From assembly GCA_013239625.1 (NCBI GenBank), contig MU054391.1, positions 374,001 to 438,000 of the forward strand: a stretch of DNA of 64,000 nucleotides. Direction: 5' to 3'. How positions within the stretch are numbered: the stretch's first letter is position 1; each line of letters begins with the position of its first letter. Source of the DNA: Lama guanicoe. Taxonomy: Eukaryota. A model generated the notes under the pieces. It was not told where the DNA came from. It did no database searches and worked only from the letters and a program-made list of their open reading frames with translations. The translations under genes were made by a program, and so were the position numbers. Positions 1 to 11,500 of the stretch are shown piece by piece.

Positions 1-243
1 CATAGACCATTCTGTGCAATGAGCTTAACAACTTATATGCAACGTACATTTCCACAAAAGCCAAGGAAAATCACTCAATGTGAAATGGATAATTTGAATA
101 TTCATATAAATATAACGTAAATATCCTCTAAGTCAATGTGTTTGAGGCAGGTCAGCTGAGCTATTCAGTTAGCGGAGCAGGAAGCACAACAAGTGAAGAC
201 ATGTGAGCGGAACCTGAGGGTCTGTGAGACCACCCGCAGGCCA

Positions 244-575
244 ACACACACACGCAGAGACACATACACATGCACACAGACACACATGCACACACCATGC
301 ACACGTGCACACACAGGCACGCACGTGTACACATGAGGACGCACACACATGCACGTGCACACACGCATATACATGCATGTGCACACATGCACATACTGTC
401 ACGCATGCTCAAAAACAGACTCACACACAACAAGTGCACGTGCACATATGTGTGCATGTGTACACACATGGACAAATGCATATGTGTGCACACGTGCACG
501 CACACACAACACTCACACATAACACACCAATCACATGTAACATACACACAACATACAACATACACAAGCATACAA
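244..575. repeat. Degenerate (CA)n / alternating purine-pyrimidine low-complexity array
   Basis: Continuous cacaca/catgca/cacgtg units; explains the His/Thr- and Cys/Val-rich ORFs at 161-852. Confidence 0.9.
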
Positions 576-879
576 GGTGACAAACTGTCCTCCAAACCTG
601 AAGGGCAGATGAGTCCGTCTCGGGCAGACAGGAGGTGTCTGATGCAGTGCCCGCTGGACGAGAGATGCTGAGAGGCTCCTCCGGACAGACAAGACCGACA
701 TGCGGAGCTGTGACCTGAGCATGAGGACCGTGAGGAGCACTGCCGCATGCACCTGCCAGCGCCGCTGTGACTTCAGTCTGTAAGTCCTGTCTCTGTGTGA
801 TTAGAAAAACATGCATATTAAACAGCAATTTCAGCCTGTGCGATGGGCACACGTGACAATAAGGACATCAAGGAGGGCG

Positions 880-1225
880 GAGACATACGGGAGGAGAGGA
901 CACATTTGCAGAGACCGTCTGAGGTGGGACGTGCATATGAAAATACGGAGAGCTCTCAAAGCACTTCAGTGAAGCCAAGCGATCTAGTTGCAGTTAGAAA
1001 ACAGGTGAAAGACGTGCAGAGAGGCTTCACCAGAGGGATGTCAGGCCAGCACATGCAACGGCGCTCGCATCATCACCCACGAGGGAAACGCCAGTTAAAA
1101 CCACAAGGAGATGCCACTGCTCACCTAGTAAAACAGCTTAAAACTTAAACAGCAGCATCAACATGCAGGCGAGGCTGCGGAGAAGCCCGTGTGCTGCTGG
1201 CGGGGCGTGAAGCAGCGCAGCCGCC
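880..1225 (+). mobile_element. Old LINE-1 (L1M) ORF2 3' fragment, GC-shifted
   Basis: agggaaacgccagttaaaaccacaaggagatgccactgctcaccta matches the recalled L1 motif agggaaatgcaaattaaaaccacaatgagataccac; flanks are colinear. Confidence 0.75.
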
Positions 1226-4200
1226 GAGGTTCGTCGCCTGGCGGAGCACGCCGTTATTTCAGAATAAAGGTTAAAAAGTAATGGAAGAGACAAGAAGCAG
1301 TGTTGGGGTCTGAGTGGTGCACGGTCACAAGCGGAGACTTGGAGACCCTAAGTGTGCAACCAGCCAGCGTTGTTTTAAAAAGCCCTGGTGTCCTTGGATT
1401 TGACACGTGCACAGAAAGCTCGAGGGCGCAGGGATGTGTCTGAAACCAGATTCTCAAGGCCACCCGCCTCCATCCTGGGTGCCTGGCCTGCAGTGGCACC
1501 GCTGTGGTTTCAGTCTGTCCTCAATTACAGAGACGCTCCGGGTATCCCAGTGATCTCTGGGTCCCTTCACTACACCACGATCTGGAACCCTGGCGAGCCC
1601 ACAGCTGTCTGCGTTCAGTGCCATTGGCATCTAAGTCTTCCCTTTTCACATGTAGACAACATTGCTGCTACAAGTTCAATGAACTTTTATTAAAACTGAT
1701 TCTGGATTCATAGTAGAATCGTCCCATTATTTACTTTCCCGCTCAGCAGGCAGTAGATGTGAAGTAAATAAAACGAGCCTACCTGGGGGTGTGTGGTGGT
1801 ATCTCGACGTTAGGGAGCGGGGCTTGGACCCGATGCCAACAGGCTGCTGACTGTCCCCGTCTGGGCTGACAGCGATGTGCTCACTTTGTCAAAACCACAC
1901 CCCAGGAGACACGGGGTTGTCTCTTCTCCCCACAGCAGGATGAACTGAAGTTCCATGTGCTTGGGAGATTGTTTTCCTTCAGTCTTCTATCTCTGTCACG
2001 AGGGTTTGTGTACCCCTTACAGGATTTGACGCCACAAGCATCATGAATGCTTCGGGGAATTTTCTTGAAAATTAAACCTCCACATGGTCAAGATGTTCAG
2101 AAAGTTCGGTTGTGACTCTTTCACCCGTTTGTCCGTTGATAGATCTTCCGTCTTTTGAGTAGGAGTGCCCTTCTGTTGGAGGGTTCACTCACATCACAGT
2201 GAGTTTGGGTTTTCTAGCAAACGCCCCTGCAGGCGGGCAGAGCATTCGGTCCGGGCGGCATCTACAGCGAGCTGACCCTCAGCCTGCCCGACACTCTCCC
2301 ATCAATGACTTTCCCAAAGTGGAAAAGAGTAAGTTATACAAAAGTGAAGTCTGTTAGCTACAAACTGGAGAGTAATTGACAGCAAGATAAAATGGATACA
2401 GGCACAAATGCCTTCTCCCTCTTATCTTCAAAACCTCTGTCTTTTATCATCTCCGGTTCTTAGCAGAATAGGACACATCCCCAGTGTCTCTCCAGGCAAC
2501 GTTTCTCCAGGCACATCAGTAATGCTCCAGGTGAGGGCACAAACTCTCGCAGAGCCCACTGCGAGCCCAGCTTCCCTCTTCACGTTCGGGGGGGCTTGCC
2601 TCCCTGCGCCAACCTCGTCATCACGATGTCGTTGCTTACATCCCGTGACCAGTAGGCAAAACTTTCAAAACGACTTCCTTACATTTTCACTTTTTGATTG
2701 TAAATGTTTCTTTCACCAAACCGGATTTGTGGGAAAGCCAAGAGCTGTATGTTTATAGGGGAATCTTCAAATTAATCCTGAGTTTTAACATTTTCTGAGT
2801 TTCACAGGATGTCTTATTGTTTGTAAGGGACGTCTTCCCAAGGACGGGTTCAGACGCCAGCCAAGCGGGGACCGCAGCCCTCCTCGTGGGCCGGTCCTGG
2901 GTTAGTCAGTGTCCTGTTCCTTGGGTCCACCCGTGGGTCTGGAGCTGCAGGGTATCCCTTGTCACCGGAGATACCTGCACAAGGGAGCCGCCCCCGGAAC
3001 AGACAGGCTGCCCTCGGGCGTCCTGCGTCCTGAGCTGGAGGGGGACTTGGAGGAGAGCAACCCAGCTGGACACGCTCTCCTAAAATGGGACCCCGGGGGG
3101 CTCATGGGTGCTCCCCCGTGGGCCTGCTGGGCTCCGGGAGTGAGCGCCGGTTGCTGCCTGCTCACCTGGTCTGCGTGTCTGTCCTGGAGTCCCGGGGGGG
3201 ACGGCGCGTTTCATTTTCACTGAACTTATAGTTTCCCATTTCCAACAGAGGCCACAGGCCACAGGCCACAGAATCCTTAACTCTGCCTGTGAGCTTGTCA
3301 CCCAGAGAGATCACAGGGCTTTCTATTTTCAGAATGCAGCTTTTGATGGTATCTTGACTTTTTCCTCCACTAACTTACTGTGATCAAACCTATCCCTCCT
3401 GGCTTTCCCTTTCACGGCTCTGCCAACAGCACGGCCATTTCTCTCCCGGCGTTGCGTCCTCTGAAGCCTGAAAGAAGGACACAAACGTACCAGATTCATC
3501 AACTCTAATGTCTGTCCATGACACTTTTAATTAGCAGAGGTTATTCCTACAAAATACCTAATTCTTCATAGAAATCCTTTGATGTAAAATTTATTTTAGT
3601 TGAGTAGGTATAAATTTTAACTTAGCTTTTAATTTTTACTTTGATTTATTTTCAAAGTATGGATTCTTAACAAGGTGTCAAATTTGACAGTCTCTTTTCT
3701 AAAGATTTCAGAATCCGGTAATAAATTTGAACAAATCAAAGATATTGTAAAAGAATCTTGGGGTGTCCTTATGTTTCAAAGGATACTATAAATAAACTCA
3801 CCTGGACCCTCACAGCCCCCAGACACGCTCACCGGAACATCTCGCCTACATGTGTGGCATCAGAAAACTTCGGAGTGGAAATCGCGTGTTCCTACGGCTG
3901 TGACTCCAAGAGCCTCTGCGCACAGACGCTTCCCTTCCCTGTGCTCAGCCTCAACTAGATGTTTGAAAAAGCCCAAGTGGGCACCCCTGGGGCTCACACG
4001 CGTGTGAGGAACCGGACGGGAGCAGAGGCGGCCTCCCACTCTGGTCCAGGCGTCTGTTCCTGTCCTGAGAAGTGAGAGTCGTCGCCTCTGTTCCAGGCAA
4101 TGTATAGTGACAGATTCCCCTGTTTGGCATAATGTGGTGAACGTCCACTTGCCGCCTGGATAAGCAGGAATGCAGTTGTTACACCGAATTGGCACCCGTC

Positions 4201-5992
4201 CGGCTGTCTCAACACTCCTGTCACACGTCCTCAGAGTGGGGGCCATGGGTCTCAGGTGCCGGGAGGGAAAGTGGTAGCGCGGTGATGCCGTCTCTCCGGG
4301 TAGCAACACGCGAGCATCTTCCCCCGTCGGCACAGGCCTGCCTCTCACACGTTCAGCTCCTGGAATGAGCAGGCTTCACTTTTTCACGTGGGCTTGTTTG
4401 TCAAAAGGCATCTTTACAAAGTGGACAGCCGTCTGTTTTTGGTGGAAGGGTTGGGACTTGCTGGTCAGACAGGCAGAGCTGCCGAACCTCTCCTGTGTGT
4501 AGTGGAAGGTTTGAGGGGTGATCTCAGTGGAGCAGGAAGCACCCCAGTCCCGAAAGCTCAGCTTTGACACTTTGGTGACTGTCAGCAACAAAACAAGGTG
4601 CAGTGCGATGGTGACACCATGTGAGAAAAGCAGCGCAATTTAGAAAGTTGTAAACCCCCAGCTTTCTGGGCCCCCACGTTGGCCGAGAAGTGCGATCTCC
4701 GCTTGGCAGAGCCCGTTTGACTTGGTGGCCAGCATTCTCTGTGGGTGGAAGGGTTCTGGGGCCAGTTGGTCTGACGGTGGGGTCTCTGAAGGAAGGGGCT
4801 GCCCCTGAAAGGAGCCTCACCCTTTCCCCAGGAGCCTGTTCCTCAGCCCCCGCCCTCCGAGCGCTCAGATGCCCCCCCTCGAGGGCCAGCACCCGTCTGC
4901 CCAGAACCCAGCTTCCCGCTGCATCTCAGACGGGTCCTCGGACACCCTTCATTCCCCCACTTTCCTCCTGGAGGCGGCATTAAAACTAAGCTGAAATCAA
5001 CCCAGAGGAAGAGAAACACCATGAGGTTTATGGGGAGGTGACTTTCTTCTGACTTCTGTTGCTGTACTTAACCCTGGATGCCGTTTCAGATTGTCGCACC
5101 AGCGCACACAATTCTCAGTAACTTGTGGGAAGACGGAAAATATTCCACAATGCTTAAGCCAGACCCACTGGCCTGTGATTTTTTTGTATCTAGAAGTACC
5201 TTTATCTGATTATTATAATTCAATTATGATAAAAAGCAGGCCTGCGCATTGTCAGACCCAGGACCGGTGTCCCGCACGCTAGCATTTTGTTTGAACTTAC
5301 TTTAGGGGTGGTCATTTTTCGGTTAGTCTGGGTGTAGGTGAGATTTCTCACATTAGCACAGTACCAACTGTGACCGCTTCATGACGCCTGAAAAGCAAGG
5401 AGATTACTTTCAAAAGTCAGCTCTTCAACTAGCTGCCTCTCCTGAAAGAAGCAGCGAAGGAAGCTTCAGGAGAGTTCTGACCGTCACGCCCTGAGAGTGG
5501 CTGACTTTCTCCTCCGGCCGCCTGATCTGTTCAGTTTGGACAGAAGTCACCGGGCCCAGCAGCTGGGGGCCCTTCAAGAAGCAATTATTTCTGAAGGAAC
5601 ACGTGAGTCATTTTCCCTAAAACTGAAGAAAAACATGGACTCATTTCCGTCACTGAAGTGACAAGAGTGATTATGGTCTTTTTTTGTTACTCATGGGACT
5701 ATTTGCAACACACTTTTTAAAAATGAAGATTTCAAAAACATTTTAAAGTTTAAACATCTTAAATCTTAATAAATTCAAACTTAAATGTAAATCACACATG
5801 TGTTTATAACACATTACTAGTTAAAAAACTGAAACAGTAGGTTAGGCCTTCAACTCAATCGTACTTAAAATGAACAGCAAAGACAGTAAAGACATGAGAA
5901 ATAAAGACAAGGACAGAAATCATGAAAGTGAAGATAATCCGCATGTGGTTCTCGTCACCCAGACGCAATCACTGTGAAGAGTAACAGGCACA

Positions 5993-6117
5993 GGGGCGGG
6001 TACGGCAGGGCAGGGCACCTGCACTGCATGCGTGAGGTCCTGGGTTCAGCCCCAGCACCTCCACTGAAGATAAATAAATAGAAACGGAATTACCTCCCCC
6101 CAAATAAAAAAATGGAT
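5993..6117 (+). mobile_element. tRNA-derived SINE (camelid-type)
   Basis: GGGG start, B-box-like gggttcagcccc, body gaggtcctgggttc..ccccagcacctcca, A-rich tail; degenerate 15-bp target-site duplication (TSD) at 5978-5992 / 6118-6132. Confidence 0.85.
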
Positions 6118-6149
6118 AGAATAATAGGCATACAACTGTAATGAGGCTT

Positions 6150-6432
6150 AAAAGGGAGGGGGTGCAGAGAAGGGGGAGGGGAGGAGAGAGGGGAAGGGAN
6201 NNNNNNNNNNNNNNNNNNNNNNNNNNNNNNNNNNNNNNNNNNNNNNNNNNNNNNNNNNNNNNNNNNNNNNNNNNNNNNNNNNNNNNNNNNNNNNNNNNNN
6301 NNNNNNNNNNNNNNNNNNNNNNNNNNNNNNNNNNNNNNNNNNNNNNNNNNNGAGGAGGGAGGGGTGCAGAGAGGGGGAGGGGAGGAGAGTGAGAGGTGGG
6401 GGAGGGGAAGAGGGAGGGGGAGGGAGGGGAGA
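6150..6432. repeat. Polypurine (GA-rich) repeat spanning an assembly gap (N 6200-6351)
   Basis: A gggaggggtgcagaga.ggggagggg-like unit occurs on both sides of the gap. Confidence 0.8.
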
Positions 6433-6479
6433 GACGCTGAGGACACAAAACCCCCTGAAACTAGGGTTGTGACGCAGAG

Positions 6480-6662
6480 AGCAGGTTCCACGCTCAAGTG
6501 TGCACCACATTTGCTTGGAGGGCTTCTTCAAACAGACGGGTGGGCCCCACCCTGTGTTACTAATTCTGTAGGTTTGGGTGAAGCTGGAGAGTCCGCATTT
6601 CTGACGAGGTTGTAGGTGGTGCTAACGCGGCTGACCTGGGGACCGCTCCTTGAGGACCACTG
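6480..6662. mobile_element. MER5A-like hAT-Charlie DNA transposon fossil
   Basis: ttggagggcttc..aaacagac..tgggccccaccc..gcatttctgac..ggggaccgctccttgaggaccactg is colinear with the recalled MER5A consensus. Confidence 0.75.
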
Positions 6663-8255
6663 GGGCAGGCGGCAAAATCAACAGTAATGAAGCAGTGAAC
6701 ACACTCCCGGCGATAGTTTGAACAATTTTATGCAGCTGATGTTTTAACTGTATGTGGCTGTATCCAGTTTCAGAAATAAGAAGAAATAAGACACCTGAAT
6801 CTAGGCGCTGCCTGGGGCAGGTTCCTTCGGCGAGAGCCGCCCGACCTCCCACCGCCTGCGAACCAGGCAAGCTGCTTTCCGAGTTACAGCGGAGGGGCCA
6901 GAGCTCTAGGGAGTTAATACCCTCTACCTCGAAGACATGATCCCAGAGAAAACGCAGACGTAAAACCAGCCAAAGCATTCTGTAAGTCGAGCAAAATTGT
7001 GACATTAAACAAAACTTCACTAAAGAAGGTAACCATGAATTAGCATTATTTAAAAATCTAAATGCAAAAATTATTTTAAAAAAGAAAAAGTGTACCCATA
7101 TTATCTAGTGATGTGTGCATAGACCACGACTGGCTGAGTTTCTCTCAAAGCAGCCAAGTGTGATTAAATGCTAGAGAATGTATTACCACGGGAGCAACGT
7201 GGAAAATTACCTTGGGATTATCTAACAGGCTCAGAAACCAACTTGTCAATAACATTGAATTCCTACTCATGATAACAAAAGAGGGCTTTTTTACGAAACA
7301 GGAATGGAGAGGAACGGCACTGACCTGATAAGGGATATTTATGAGGGAAAAAACCAAACGTAACAACGGTGAGACTCTAAGCTGTTTTCTCTAAAGGTTA
7401 CCAGTGTCATCACATTCAGTGTTTTAAAAAGGCATTTCCTTTCAAGTCAAGAGCAAGGTACAGATAAACCCCATCATGGCTGACACCGAACACTGCAATG
7501 GCCCTGAGTTCACAAGGATGAAATCGGAGGCGGGTGTGTCTTAGGGGGAGGAGTAACATTTCCCTTAACAACAACCTGAGCTCAAGACCTTCTACCAATG
7601 ATTACAAAGAGCTAAACTCAACGGATGAATGTATTCGGTATAAGCACACACAAGAAAACATTGCTTGTTATCTGCCAGAAAGGACCAAGGATTAAAAAAT
7701 GCCCGCAGCAACAAAACACGACGCGGCCCCTCCCAGCAAGCCTGACGTGTGCGCGATGCGTGGGGCCTTCGACTCAACGGAGGCCACCCCGTTGCTGGAT
7801 GCGTAGCGTGGATGGATGGAGAAATACATCATGGTGTTGAAGGCTCACTATTCTAAAACTGTCAGCTTTCCCCAAGTTAATCTGTGTGCTCAGTGAGATA
7901 TGAAAGTCCACAGGGCAGTAGAAGTGAGACTAAAATCCCCACGAAGTTCAGGAGTTTAGTTTAAGGGAAGGGAAGTCTGAGAAAGCAGAACGAGGAAGGC
8001 CGGTTGGCTAACCAGGCAGTAGACTGACTCTACTTGTGTCGTAATCAAGTCCCAGTAGGTTCAGTGCAGAAACGCGGAAACCTCCGCCCTGGGTGAGACC
8101 CTGGTGCGTGCACACACGGGTAGCCATAGAGCAGGTGGACCAAACCACTAGAGAGAAACAGCTAATTTCTACCTAACGTCATGCCAAAGATGAGGTTCAG
8201 AGAGATGAGTGTGAAAATGATTGTTTTTTCAACAAAATATATAGGAGGAGATGCG

Positions 8256-11117
8256 TTATGTCCTCAGAATAGAAAAAAAGCCGTTTCCAAGCTTCGCCTG
8301 TTGCCTCTTTAGTTCCCAGCACAACCACGCAAGGCAGACGCCCCAACGACCCCCATCAGAGATGATCTGAACGACTCCCAGACTGTAGCGCACCTCCCCG
8401 AGCTCTCGGAGCCCAAGCGCACAGTTCAGGTTTTGCTCCGAGGCCCCTGACTGAAGGCGCAGGTTTTCAGCAAACCCGTGTGCAGCGCTCCCGTCTGAGT
8501 GTGGGTGCTGGAGGCCTCCTGTGAAGTCCGCCTCTCTCTGGACACCCTCCTGCTCCTGAGTTTTGTTCTCTGGGTCTTGAAATAGCTTTTGGAAAAAGTC
8601 AATAAACTCTGACCAGGCTTGACCTGTACTGAACAACCATTAAACTTCTGCATCTTTCCTCAGCCATGAAAAAATAACACAGTAATGCCATTTGCAGCAA
8701 TGTGGATGGACCTGGAGACGGTCATGCTAAGTGAGGTGAGCCGGAAGGAGGATGAAAAATACTGCGTGAGATCACTCCTATGTGGAACCTTAAAAGAAAA
8801 AAAAACCACAGATGAACTTATTTACAAAACGGTAACAGGCTCACAGACATAGGAAACAAACTTAAGGTCACCAGGGTTCGGGGAAGGGGGTGGGAAGGGA
8901 TAAGCTGGGAGCTGAAGATTTGCAGACACTAACTACTCTACACAAACTAGATAAGCAAGTTTACACTGCACAGCACAGGGAACTATACTCAATGCCTTGT
9001 AGTGACTTACGGTGAACAAGACATGAAAGTGAATACACGTGTGCTCCTGTGTGGCTGACGCACTGTGCTCGCCAGGGACTGACGCAGCACTGGGAACCGA
9101 CTATTCTTCAATAAAAAATACAAAAAAACCTGCATCTTTTATCAGTTCTTTGGCTAGTTGTAGGAGAACCCATCCTCCTTTCAGAGTCGCTTGCCAAGTC
9201 GCTCCTGAGACGTCTCCCTTCCTCGCCTGCAGCAGCAGCTGCAATCCGCCCGCGGGCAGCACCCCCACTGCCTCAGCGCCGTCCGTCTTGGGTGCCAGCA
9301 TCCGGGTCGCAGAGGCTTTGTCAGATGCGCTGATTTTGCACAAGGACGCCGCGGGCTCACGAGAGTCAGTCAGCGCTGCCTCGCTGATAATGGCGAGTCC
9401 TGCGCACCAGACAGCAAGCTATGCTTGGGAGCTCCTCCACGTGCCCTCGCACGTAAATTCTCCTGCCAGCTGGACGACAGGAGGCCAGCCTCTTTGTCCT
9501 GGGCCCTCTTGTGATGCGCACGATCCTGTTTAACGCAGACACTACCGTGTGCCCTCCGAGGCCGCGCTTCTCCCGGCCATCGGCCAGACACGCTGTGCTG
9601 CGAGAGAGCGGAGCCAGATCTGCTCTTCAGTAAGCCTCGGCCAGTGCTGCGCGCACCTCTCCCTGTCTTCTCTTCTTCTTCGCCCCGGGGTTAGTCAGGT
9701 GTTCTTTGCGGGAGGCAGGCACTGAGGTTTCTCTCTAAGAAGTTCACCCTGGGGGACATGAGAGCGGTGACGACGGGAGAGTGCCGGCTCCCAGGGCGGC
9801 AGCGCTTACGTTCCGAGACACCGCGGGCCTGAAGCCTGGCGTCCCGTGGGGGAGCAAGGAGGCTCCTTCCAGGTTACAGGGGGCAGCCGACGGGCTGACA
9901 GCCAGAGGGCAGCGTGATTTCTTCTGAAAGAGTTCTTAAGTTATTAAGTAAAACTCTCATCTCTGAGAGGGTGGCTTTTCTGAAAAACCAAAAGGAAAGA
10001 AAATGTGAAAGGAAGAACCAGACACACAAACGAGCTCTGTGCGGCGTCCGCTTCCTTGCAAGACGGGTCAGCCTCACCAGGAGAGAGCTAAGACACGGAC
10101 GTGCCCTTGAGCCCTGCTTCCCAGCTCTGGAGAGGAGGTGAGACTGTGCGGTGACAATTACAATGATGTTTGGGTTGATGTAAACACTTTGGATACTGAG
10201 CAAAGTGCAAACCACCAGTATTAATCCCAGCACAATTCTGCCAACTACACACGATGTCACGGTCACGACAGGGTCGGATACCCAGGACTCTGCAAGATGC
10301 AGAAACTTGCAGACGGAGGTTTAAATTATACACACACGCTCAGACTTGCGCTTTCAAGACATTTGCTTGGTCTATCATCAGTAAATCCCGGACTACACAC
10401 AGGAAAACAAAATGACAAAAAGAAAGGTAATTAAGAAAGAGCATGCACGGTGCAGCAGCTTTGTCCAGAGCGCGTGCCTCTCTGGGACGTGTTTCCCGCC
10501 CCGTGTCTCACACACACACATACACACACACACGCGCGGCAGAGACGGCATAAAGAATTATAGAACAGTCAAGGTAAATTTCAGTAACAATATATAACAT
10601 AATTTTATTAATTAACGGTTGTATCATTAATCACAGTGGACAATATGGAGCACTGAAAATAAGCCGTGGTGCCTCATCTTCAAACAGCACCCCCACCCCC
10701 ACTGGCAGTGCTCCCCCCGCCAGCGGGTCCCTCCGCGTCGTCCGGCTGGCCCTCAGCAGCCGAGGGGACTCAGTGGGAGCACGTCGGGCCCCACGCTGAC
10801 GGCCATGTCCAGTGAGGCCACGTGAAGGCGCCGTCTTGGATGACCAGCTGTCCTCCAACCGCGGCGTCTACGAGACACCAGGTGAGACTCACTGATGAAG
10901 TCCGACCAGCACGAGAGACTGCGGAGAATCATACAGAGCTGCCTCCTCCACACGGCTTCGGGCATGTCGTTACAGAGCGGCGGCCGACTGGCGCGCAAGA
11001 TACCAGGTGCCCACGTTCCCAGAAGTCCTTGCCTCAGAGTCTCACCGCACATCCTGTGTTTAAGTTCCTGCCTCGCTCTGTTCTTACACTTTTGACACAG
11101 ATGCATCAAGAAGCTTT
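8256..11117 (-). pseudogene. Candidate decayed multi-exon coding gene of unknown identity
   Basis: ORFs 9101-9343 and 8256-8636 fall into one frame when the 482-bp L1 insertion is removed; strong acceptor at 9980-9981; exon-like blocks at 10162-10289 and 10893-11117. No homolog recognised. Confidence 0.4.
8658..9129 (+). mobile_element. 5'-truncated LINE-1 3' end (camelid-type) with TSD
   Basis: atgccatttgcagcaa..tggatggacctggag, cagcacagggaactata, aataaa and A tail; direct repeat ctgcatcttt at 8648-8657 and 9130-9139; aligns to the copy at 61994-62726. Confidence 0.92.
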
Positions 11118-11229
11118 CCGAAAACAAAATTTGTTCCGGATATTTCATCTTGCTTCAGTAGGATAATTTTTATACATATGTTTGCAATTATTATGTATCA
11201 TAAAGATAATTACATATATCGGGGACTGT

Positions 11230-11500
11230 ATTATACACGTTATGTACACAAGACACACACGACGCACACATGCACACACCATGTGTAGTGCGTGGACGCA
11301 TGCCTGGAGGTTCTTACACATACTCACATGTACATATGCTTGCACACACACACACGCACACTCACATATACATACCCTTGTATGTGTGCATACATTTATA
11401 TACACGCACCTTTTAATATAATGCGTGGCTGTAACATATATGTACACGCATGTATGCATTGAATACACACACCTCTGCGTGTTCAAGTGTATGTGTGAAA
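11230..11500. repeat. Degenerate (CA/TA)n low-complexity array
   Basis: Alternating purine-pyrimidine tract seen directly. Confidence 0.85.

Larger units (their letters stand above)
5650..8285 (+). mobile_element. Old LINE-1 ORF2 remnant, interrupted by a SINE, a gap and MER5A
   Basis: Colinear A-rich L1 ORF2-like blocks: ataaagacaaggacagaaatcatgaa (~5900), tttgaacaattttatgc (~6720), gaaggctcactattctaaaactgtcagctttccccaagttaatctg (~7840). Boundaries approximate. Confidence 0.6.

Noticed and set aside
161..852. Cys/His-rich metal-binding-like ORFs (also 35777-36513 and 57297-58169)
   Set aside because: They are translations of CA/TG low-complexity arrays.
5993..6070. tRNA genes (also 17578-17655)
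   Set aside because: B-box-like motif present but no intact cloverleaf, and they carry SINE tails; tRNA-derived SINEs.
9897..9914. CTCF-like motifs (cagccagagggcagc; also ~28889)
   Set aside because: Partial matches are expected by chance in GC-rich DNA; needs a PWM scan and ChIP data.
10162..10920. Cytokine-receptor assignment from CWSDFI (WSXWS-like) plus a hydrophobic segment
   Set aside because: The motif match is partial and no fibronectin type III pattern is evident upstream; not enough to name a family.
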